From the NCBI RefSeq assembly GCF_009914755.1, contig NC_060926.1: DNA of 64,000 bases; one strand, given 5' to 3'. The position numbers and the translations under genes are program-made. Positions 53,166 to 64,000 of the stretch are shown here, in pieces; position 1 is the first letter of the stretch, and each line of letters starts with the position of its first letter. The stretch is from the human T2T-CHM13v2.0 reference genome, Homo sapiens. The notes under the pieces were generated by a model. The model was given only the letters and a program-made list of their open reading frames with translations. It made no database searches and was not told the DNA's origin.

Positions 53166-53499
53166 TATTAATATCTAAATAAAAAATGGAGGTAGAACAT
53201 ATCTTCTCACTGTGAACGTGTGGCACGGCAGGTGAGATGATTGATCACATAGATTCCAGAGCTACCTCTTTATTCTGCACCTAGTGGCCGTCTGTGACAC
53301 TCAGGGCTGTAACTCAATAAAATATAATGTGGGGAAGCTGCTCTGGTGAATTCTAGATACTCATACAGAGTTGAGTGGGAGGGGCACTGTACAGAAAGGT
53401 GAATTTTTCTGCTGTCTGGCTGCCTCTCAAGTAGTCTCCCTGTTATCTTTCGAATACACTGGACTCAGGCTGCATATATTTGCAACTCATTTCTGTTTT

Positions 53500-54320
53500 T
53501 TGTCCTTGTTCTTTGTTTTTTATTTTGTCTCCCACTCTTTTTCTTCCTTCTCTGGTTTCCATTGAGCATTTTATATAATTCTATTTACTCTCCTCTCTTA
53601 GCATATCAACTATACTTTTGTAATTTTTTAGTAGTTGTCCTAGACTTTGCAATATACATTTACAACTAATCTAAGTCCACTTTCAAATAACGCCACACCA
53701 CTTCAGAGGAAGTGAAGTTACCTTATATCAGGGTATCCCCAATTCCTCTCTTCCATTGCTTGTAACACTGCTGTCATTCCTTATCCATAAATTATAATCA
53801 CCAAATACACTGTTGCTATTACTGTTTTGAACAAACTGTTATCTGTTAGAAAAATTAAGAATAAGAAATAAAAGAGATTCTGTTTTACCTTCATTTATGC
53901 TTTTTCTAACATTCTTTCTTTATGCACATCCAAGTTTCTTCTCTATTTTTTATTGTGGTAAGAACAGTTAACATGAAATATAAACCCCCTTAACAACTTT
54001 TTCAGTGTACAGTACAGTATTATTAACTCTAGGCACAATGTCTTACCGCATATTTCTGGAATGTATTCATCATCCATAACTGAAATTTTCTATCTGTTGA
54101 ACAGAAATTATCCACTTCCCCATACCCCCAGCCCCTGGCAACCACCATTCTGCTTTCTGTTTCTGTGAGTTTGACTATTTTATTTACCTCATATAAGTGG
54201 AATCATGCAGTATTTATTCTTCTGTAATTTGCTTATTTCACTTAGTGTACTGTCCTCCAGATTTATTCATAGATTCAAATTTCTGACCTACATAAGTTTC
54301 CTTTTCTCTAAAATACTTCT
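53500..54320 (-). mobile_element. Old L1M fragment with a nested L1MA/MB 3' end (about 53945-54270)
   Basis: 'aactaatctaagtccactttcaaataac'; nested 'cagcccctggcaaccaccattctgctttctgtttctgtgagtttgact...aagtggaatcatgcagtattt'. Confidence 0.8.
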
Positions 54321-55928
54321 TTTACTATTTTAATAATTATAAGTGGAAAAAGTGTCTTCAAAATTTTTAATATTTAAAAATTGGGTGTAGACCATAATAG
54401 GATAAGTTAGTATATATCTGTCATTACAGAAAAGATGTTGTATTTTCTATTCTGCTTTGTTTGTGTGTGCATGTATTCAGTTCAAGGAAATTTAGAGCAA
54501 TAAATAAAAACAGAGAAGAGAAATAAACAAAGAAACCCAAAATATAAAAAGTATAAGACAGCAACAGAAGACCAAAGGTGTTTGGAATGTGTCTATATTT
54601 ACCAAGCTGCATTCTGATTGCCAGTTGATGTGGTTACAGATGTATCCTGAGGGTCTACAGTCATTCTGTCTTTTCATAACTGTTTTGATTGGGTAGGCAT
54701 CTGTTTTGTATTTTCACATCCTACTTCAATTCCTTCTGGGGTAATTTATGTACTACTCATAAGGAGATAAGTCTACCCAGAAAAGAGGCTTCCTGTGAAT
54801 ATTTACTGCATGCAAATATATTTGGAATGAAGGGGTTCAGAGAACTCCAAAGGGTGGTTAAAAATATAAATGTTAAGTTTTATTTATTAATCTTACCTTT
54901 ACTTCCTCTAAAAATATTTTAAAAGTTTAAAAATCTGTCAGGGTCATACCAGTTTCCTCAATAAATTAGTAAGATGACCTCTTTAGAAGAATTGAAAATA
55001 ATTGTTGCAATTTTTTAACAGAACTAGTATGACCTTAATAAAACAGTAGAATTTATTTATAATAAGCTTTGATATTTTGACATTTTATTTTTTAATAAAG
55101 TCAAATACACAAATTGTAATCCTTCCAAGAGTGAAATATCTGGAACCCACACTAAATCTGTATTCTTTCTTTTTCTCTCTGCTTCTTTTAAAGTAATTTT
55201 TTTACCTGCAAGTTTCTTATTTCCAACAAAGTATTAGATAAGATAGGAACTCATTTTTATTACCATGTATCAGATGAAATTCCTTTTATCCCATTCGGTC
55301 GATATCATTAGCCTTTCAACTTCCGTGATAAATCCAACCACAGAAATTTTCTCACTGTAAAACTAACCACAGAGGGAGCAACAACAGACAGCACTGCATA
55401 GATCTGCAGCTTTTGGCCATATGCAAATCAGAACAACGGTCCCTGACAAACTGGTCTGAAATGAAAATGGGCCTTTGATAATAACAACTTCAATTTATAT
55501 GCTGCTTTACCTCCTGAGGATTTCAAAGAACTCTCAACACATTATTATTTGAAAAAGACTGAAAAACACCAAGGTCTATGTTAATGTTCCCAAAAGATAT
55601 TAATGGCTATTCTGTGTGCAAAACAGAGAACTTCTATATCTTACTAATTTTCTGCATTTTTAATATGCTAGGTACACATTTTGAAGTAGATAATCCTAAT
55701 AGTAAATGTCACAACTGGGACCAATTGTTTATTTGCTACCACACAGATTTCACCTTTGAAGTCTCTGAAATCACCAGTCCGCTTCTGCATAAGCACTAAC
55801 CACACCTAATGAAATGAGGAAATGATAACCTGATTCCCGTTTGTGTCTAGCGGTTTACTGGGACAGGTGTCCAGAGGAATGCTTGGCAACATGTTCACTG
55901 AAAACAACACATTTAGAAGCGATTTCTA

Positions 55929-56279
<351 letters not shown>

Positions 56280-57599
56280 TTAATAGAAATGGGGAAATGG
56301 GGAGAAGGAATAGAAATGTAGGCTTTGTAAAGAGGAAATAGAAAGTATAGTATACATTAAATGTGAATCCTAAGAGAAAATTCTAATACCATTTTTTTAA
56401 TGTGATTACCTCAACATGACAAATCAGAATTTGTTAAACACTTTATGGGGCACAGAAAAAAATGACAAAGAATTTTTTTGTCACACAAAAATTTGACCAC
56501 AGTGGAAAATCAAGTGGCAGCTGTCTTTGCAACCTCACTATGGTCCCCAGTATCAAAGAGATTTGAAAAGCTCAGGTATTATTTAAATATTCATTCACAT
56601 CCATCTATTATAATGTAAATATTTTGCAGATCCTTAATATGGCATTTTTTTCCCACCCCTGTGTTTCCTATAATTAACATGAATGTACTCAGGGAATATT
56701 TTAAATTCAATAATGTTATTAAAAAAACCTCCAAAAACCTCTGACACCCAAGCCTAACCAATTTAATGTTGAAGGACCAACAGCTTTGAGGAGTCCTTTT
56801 TCTGGTTTATTTGGCCTTTGGAAAGCAATTTATTCTTACAGAAGTGACAAATTTTAGAAACGTTACAAGTAGAAGACTGATGTCTGAGAAAAGTAGATAC
56901 CATTGGAATGATTGTTAGAGTATATGTAGCTCTTGATTTATTTGTGTCTAGATAGAGCTAAGAAAAAAATGTATATTTGGCATTCAAATCATAGTGAAAT
57001 CTTCCAGTAAATAAGATAGCTGAGTACTAGAGTCTTTCCTTCTCCCTACCCCTCTCCCTGCCTCAATTCTCGTGTAGGAAGTATTGGAAATAGGGAAGAG
57101 TTTGTATCATTTCTGGAATCTGAGGAGGCTGTTATACAAATAAAAAACACGGATAATTTCTTCCTGATATGCTGCACATGGTCCTGTTAACCAATAGGGA
57201 CAATAACATTGTGGATACATGATTCAGAGGGTCTGGGGCCCAGTATGCATCTATTCCTAATTAATGGAGTCCAGGGTCAATATTACCTCGATTAACACTG
57301 TTGCTATTGTTATTATTATTATTGACTCACCTGCCAAGAAAGGAGTTTGGCATCTGGGAAGTAAGATTCTGCATTGTATACACAAGCTGTAGTTTGCAGG
57401 GTGCAGTGGTGGACAAGTAGACAAAATGGAGAATGTTATCTCTGACAGTGGCTGATGTTTCTGGAGAGATCTCTGCACTATAACAAGTATTTCTTCTAGC
57501 AGAGCAGAAAGTCATACCTGGAAGGGGTGGAGGAGGAATTGAACGGAGTGTGTGCTGAAAAACTCAGGACACGGGCAGCTACATAAATTAGGGGCAGCT

Positions 57600-57914
<315 letters not shown>

Positions 57915-58699
57915 GGAGCAGCTGTGGCTGAATTGGAAGGGTGTTCAAACAGTAGCAGATATCTCTGTACCAGGCAGTAGCACGTAGGAGGCCAGGTAGA
58001 ACTAGAGAGCTCTGTGTGTGAGAGGGAGAAGAGAGTTGGTAATCAAGGACATAAAAGGCTACAATAAGGAGAGAGTCTGCCACACAATTGGCCATCAGAT
58101 AGCAATCTGGGAGGTCTGACACTTCAGTCAGAGGTTTTGCCAGACACAGATAAAGTTCAGTTCTACATAGATTCTTCCAAGTTTATATATGTTGTAGCTG
58201 TTCCTTAGTTTTATTCATCCTTCCCTTCTTTTGAATCCTTTTGTTAATTTTGCATCTTTCAGGGAAGGAATAATGTGAATTCCTATGTCCTCTGCCGTCT
58301 TTCCAGAAGTTTTAACATCTCTCTTTTGAGATCCAAGCAACAATAAAATGTTTCTTGCATTTTCAAGATGTTCTTTCATTCTGTTGTTTTTCTTTATACT
58401 TGAACACACAGATGGTTGGCTTAAATTCAACAGTCCAATTTGCCTCCAGTTGAGGATTTGGATTTAACAATTTGCTGTACCTAATGATTCCCATATTTTT
58501 CTCAAGTGCATTAAATTCATATGCTTCTTTTCATTATTATCATCATATTCATTTTTCTATTTTCCTTATTAAAATAGTAAATAAAAGCAAAATGTTATAG
58601 AAGAGTATTCTCAAATAATTTTTAAAATAGGACATTATTTTCAAGTGAATATTATCTTAGTGAATCATTAACTTAATTGATCTTGAATGACAATTTAGA

Positions 58700-58925
58700 C
58701 ATCATAGTAGTTAAGACTGTAGAGCCTGGAGTCAGTTTTCATTTTTCACTTTCTGGCTATGTTATTTTGGGTAATTTATTTAGCCTCTCTGGTTTCTCCA
58801 TTTTCTTATATATGAAACAGGAATGGTAATAGTGACAACTTACCACGTAGAGTTCTTGGGATTAATGAGTTAATAGACGTCAGGCACTGAGAACAATACT
58901 CTGCTTAATGCAAGAGCTATATTAT
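58700..58925 (+). mobile_element. MIR SINE
   Basis: 'atagtagttaaga...tggagtcag...tttagcctctctg...ggattaatgagttaata'. Confidence 0.75.
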
Positions 58926-60930
58926 CTTTGGTCATTAGCATTACCCAAATTCCAGTGAGTAACAGAAATAACAGTGAAGTTACTTGGGTTGATGTCACGA
59001 CTTAAGGATTTATTTCATGTAGGTGAGAGGTAAGGTTTTATTACTTTTTCTTTTTTTATTTTGCTTCCAAATCGTTAACTAGTATTTCAGTACTATTTAC
59101 TGAATAATTTATTTCTCCTAACTTCTTATATCCATTTTAATTCTATTTTATATTTAATGTTGTTATAAAAGCAATTATTTTTAAACTTTTTATTATTTTA
59201 TTACATGAATGATATATGCTCATTTTAAAAGAAGCGGAAATTGCATATGGGGTAAAAAGCACACCTTTCATATTCTAACTTTAAGAAATATTTATGTGTA
59301 TTTCTGTATTAGTTAGAATGAGTTGGGCTATTCTGTGGTTTAAAACAACAACAGCCACAACAAGCCTCGGAGTTTTAAAATCACCAGAGCTGATTTCATG
59401 CATCACAATATATCCATGTGAGGTCATCTGGGGTTTCTGCTCTGCTGTGTATCAGTTTTCTCCCAAAAAGGCAGAACTCAAAAGTTCTATCCCTTCACAC
59501 TATTTAGGACAAAGTTTAGGATCTCTGAGTAAAGTGGATAGTCTGTTTCTCACGTCTGAAAGTGGTTGGTTCCTTTTGATCTAGAAACCCCACTGATATA
59601 TCCATAGCATTTTTCAGACACCCGTCTTATAAATTTGCAATGCATCTTTGTGTTCTCACTTTCAATTATCTCTCTGTTTTGTGACTTAATTGTAGGTACA
59701 CTGAGTTTGTTATACTTCAGGAAGTATGCTTCTCATAATCACTCCTCTCTTAACAACTTTGTCAAATCCAGAAGATTTACTGATGTCACATTCTTTGTTA
59801 GACCGTTACATTGGGTGAAATTAATAAGTTGGGAGATAAGAATGAGGTGTAGTGGCCACAACCTTGACTTGATCCTGAGTTTTAATAGGATTTCTGCCTC
59901 AAAAACATTCTCAGCCTCCCCTTACCCCAGTCAGTTTTGGGTTGAGAAGTACTTGCCTCTTTGAACGTCATAGATCTCTGAATTAGTAAACTCTAAGTTG
60001 TCATTAATTCTCTTCTTATAAACTGATAAATTGTTTTCTGAAATGTTATCTTTTTTGCGTATGTTATCTTTCCACATAGAGCCTGCCCTAACTGGCACAC
60101 AAACTACCAACCTTTTCTATCCTTTTCTTGTAAAGATACAAGTTTGTCAGGAACATGCTCTGCCTTCCAAGAAGCTACAGGAGACAGTTTATCAAATGTT
60201 CCATCCCTGCAGTATCCTGGTCAATCATGTTCTCAGCCTCCAGTATTAGTTTTCTTACTATAAATCCCTGAGCTGTAACGCAATGACCCAAATGTAAGAG
60301 TTTTTGGTTGGGTTGTACCCCGCTTTCGATAACAGTAAAGATAGATGAGGTTATGCTGTGGTAATAAACAGCCTTAACAGTCTACATTAGAAAAGGTTTG
60401 TTTCCCGCTCATGCCACATACCCATCACAGGTCAGCTGGGGACTCGCCTTTGCACTGTCTTTACCACTGCAGCCAGGCTGGTGGGCAACTCACATTGGGA
60501 GTATTTACAGCCAGGAGAAAAGAGGTGCGTGACATATTCACATTCACCCTTAAACTTACCCAGACAAATGCAAAGAAAAATAACTACCCATCACTTCACC
60601 GGTCAAAGGAAATTGCATGGCTGTACTTAACTTCAAGGGGATGAGGATGTGAGATAAATCCATAGGCCTGAGAATAGAACTTTAATTCTAAAATTCATTC
60701 CCCTTGTATTTCTTTTTCTCTTGCCACCTCACTCCACCTTTGGCCTGTATATCATTTATCTACGTATAATATTTTGACTGAATGTTTTCTTGTAGTGTTT
60801 TCCCATCCATGTTCTGCTGAACCATTGTGGTATGTCAGAAATCAGGGTAGGTATGGCAAAGGGAGGTACTAAGCATGCAGGACTTTGGCCCCAAATTCAG
60901 TTCCAGGAAACTAGTCATGACATCTCTCCT

Positions 60931-61262
<332 letters not shown>

Positions 61263-62321
61263 TAGACACAGCCTCAACAATGTGTCTCATGTGTCTTTAT
61301 TAATTCTTGTCTTTTCTCCTTGATTAATCTCAGTCTACTGGTTTAAGTCCAAAGAACTATAGATGACAACCCATTAAAATATTACCAATGTTTACTTCTG
61401 GACACTAGAATTACGGGTTATTGTTTTCTTTGTGTGCACCTGTCCTAGGAAACTTGGAGCTCTGAATTGAGCAACCATGAATCTGCATGATGGTAAATCC
61501 TTGATAGTTTTACAGTGAGAACATGTTAATGAATAAAGGACAAAAAGTTGCTTTAGACTCTTTACTGTACCTGAAAATTAGAAAGTAAAAGCTTTGGGAA
61601 TAGGCTTAAAAGGGGTGAAGATAAAAGCATTTAGACCATATACTTACTTCCCAAATAAGTTTAAGATACAAGTATTGGAACAGGAATGCACAAATTCCAT
61701 CTGAGGGAGGGGAAGTCTAATATCTTATGCTTCTATCAGTGGAGTAGCTACAGCCGTGTTTTATGTAAATATAAATTGAATTCCTGCAGCAGGCAGGTCA
61801 CTGTATTTGCTGATGCATAATGAGGGTGCTCAAACTTAGACTGTTTATCCCCTAGAGTCTCATTAAACTAAATATACTTGCCTTAAGCCACCTGCCTTTG
61901 GGCAGTTGCAATAGAAATAAAATCAGATTCATTTCCTGTCTTGATAAATTGGCATTAACTACTACTTTATCTGAAATAAGCTTGATAATTAGTGTCTCTG
62001 ATTACATGGAGAAAACTGTTGAATCTTTTAGAATGCTTTAAAAAATGCAGGCTTTCTAAATTTGCTGCAGTTGAGGGAGGAGATTTGAAAGCCCTGAGCC
62101 AGTCATGACTGTGATGAGCGTCATTAAAATAGCAATCTTTTTTTGGAAGCTCATCTTGTCCCAAGTAAGTGTGATTTAGGAATATGGGAACACCTGTTCC
62201 CCGGTGGCAGTTTTTACCTCAATGTTCTATTATCTATGATGACTGAGCTCTAGAGAAAGATATGGATACTAAGAGTGAAATATCTAATTAAATGATTAAT
62301 AAGAATTAAAGGTAAGGGCCT

Positions 62322-62700
62322 TGTATTAGTCTATTCTCACGCTGCTATAAAGGACTGTCCCAGACTGGCTATTTTATAAAGGAAAGAGATTTAATTGACT
62401 CAAAGTTCTGCATGGCTGGGGAGACTTCAGGAAACTTACAATCATGGCAGAAAGGGAAGCAAAACACGTCCTTCTTCACATGATGGCAGGAAGGAGAAGT
62501 GCTGAGCAAAAGGGGGAAAATCCCCTTATAAAACCATCAGATATCATGAGAACTCACTCACTATCACAAAGACAGCAGCACAGGGGTAGCTGCCCCCATG
62601 ATTAAATTACCTCTCACCGGGTCCCTCCCATGACATGTGGGGATTATGGGAACTACAATTCAAGATGAGATTTGGGTGAGGACACAGCCACACCATATCA
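62322..62700 (-). mobile_element. THE1C-type MaLR solo LTR
   Basis: 'tgtattagtctattctcacgctgct...gagatttgggtgaggacacagccacaccatatca'. Confidence 0.95.
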
Positions 62701-62995
62701 GAACTCTAGGAAATTGTGTCAGGATCAGGGTCCAGTTCTATGACTATTTTAAATACCACCAGCTGCAAATAACTCATGTCAGTTATATTACAGTCAATAA
62801 CTGTTGACCACATACAATAAACACTTATTTCCCTCCATGCTGTGGGCAACTGTTTACCAAGTGTTAGGTGTTGCCTGCTTTTTAGGGTGCAGACAGAAAG
62901 CAGAGTGAGCTTCTTGTTGCCCCATAATCCCTGCAAAATGTTTTTCTTCTGGCTTCCCCTCTACTAGCTCACACGGAATTTAGTTTAAGACTACT

Positions 62996-63327
<332 letters not shown>

Positions 63328-64000
63328 TCATTCACATACATTTTCTTGAAGCCACAGAGCTATGTCAGACAGACTGGCCAGATAGTTCTTTTTTGACCAC
63401 CTTACCTGCCTAGAGGGAGTAGACATGGAGCTATGACATTAAGGGATGCCTGGTGTGGGCTAGGAAGAAAAAATAGAGTGCAAGTTCCTTGAATAGGGAG
63501 AGGAAGCAATGAAAAAATTAATGAAAAGTAAAGAATTACAGCAATAGCACATGAATTATTTTATCCAAGTATTATTAATAATAATAAAAGTAATAATGAA
63601 TATTTCTAGAAAGTTTACTCTGTATTTGGCTACTGTGGAAAAATGCCATGAATTCAGTATTCAACTAAACCTTCATATCAAGCCTATGAGACAGAGATTG
63701 CCTACTCTACCTGGGCCTGGGAGAGAAAAGTATCTTCCCCAAGTGAGTAGCAGAACTGAAAATAGAATGCAGTCTCTGTGACCCCAGATTCCTGCCTGTG
63801 CTTCGCAAGTGGTTTTGTTACACCGTGAGGCACATGGACCTTGTTCTGCGAGAAATCTGGAGACATTGGTAGGTTTCCAGTGTGTACGGTAAGTCTCTGG
63901 CTGGCAGCTTACCTTGGTGATTGCCTGGAGAGTGGTTTAGAGGTTATTGCGGTTAGACAAAGGATCCTTTATCTCAACAGCCAGGGTAGTAATCAGAGCT

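Overview
This is AT-rich, CpG-depleted primate (very probably human) genomic DNA from an intergenic or deep intronic region. It is dominated by interspersed repeats: Alu J/S/Y, THE1/MST/MLT MaLR LTRs, ERVL LTRs, L1M, L2, CR1, MIR, Tigger1 and MER elements. I found no intact protein-coding gene, RNA gene or prokaryotic-type system. The only gene-derived sequence is a full-length, disabled processed pseudogene of purine nucleoside phosphorylase (PNP) on the minus strand (insert about 6935-8391, CDS remnant 7407-8273), bounded by a perfect 15-bp target-site duplication and inserted into an ancient L1. Nearly all other ORFs in the track are chance ORFs or repeat-derived, including decayed Tigger1 transposase fragments at about 41.6-42.8 kb. 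The best observations are structural: apparently ancestral residues and UTR in the PNP retrocopy, a fold-back palindrome at the edge of an MLT2 LTR, and a MER58>Tigger1>Alu nest containing a locally templated insertion and a tail-less Alu. There are also a few candidate plus-strand non-coding exons and enhancer-like motif clusters. Repeat subfamily names and comparisons to PNP orthologues come from recalled consensus sequences and were not run against a database.
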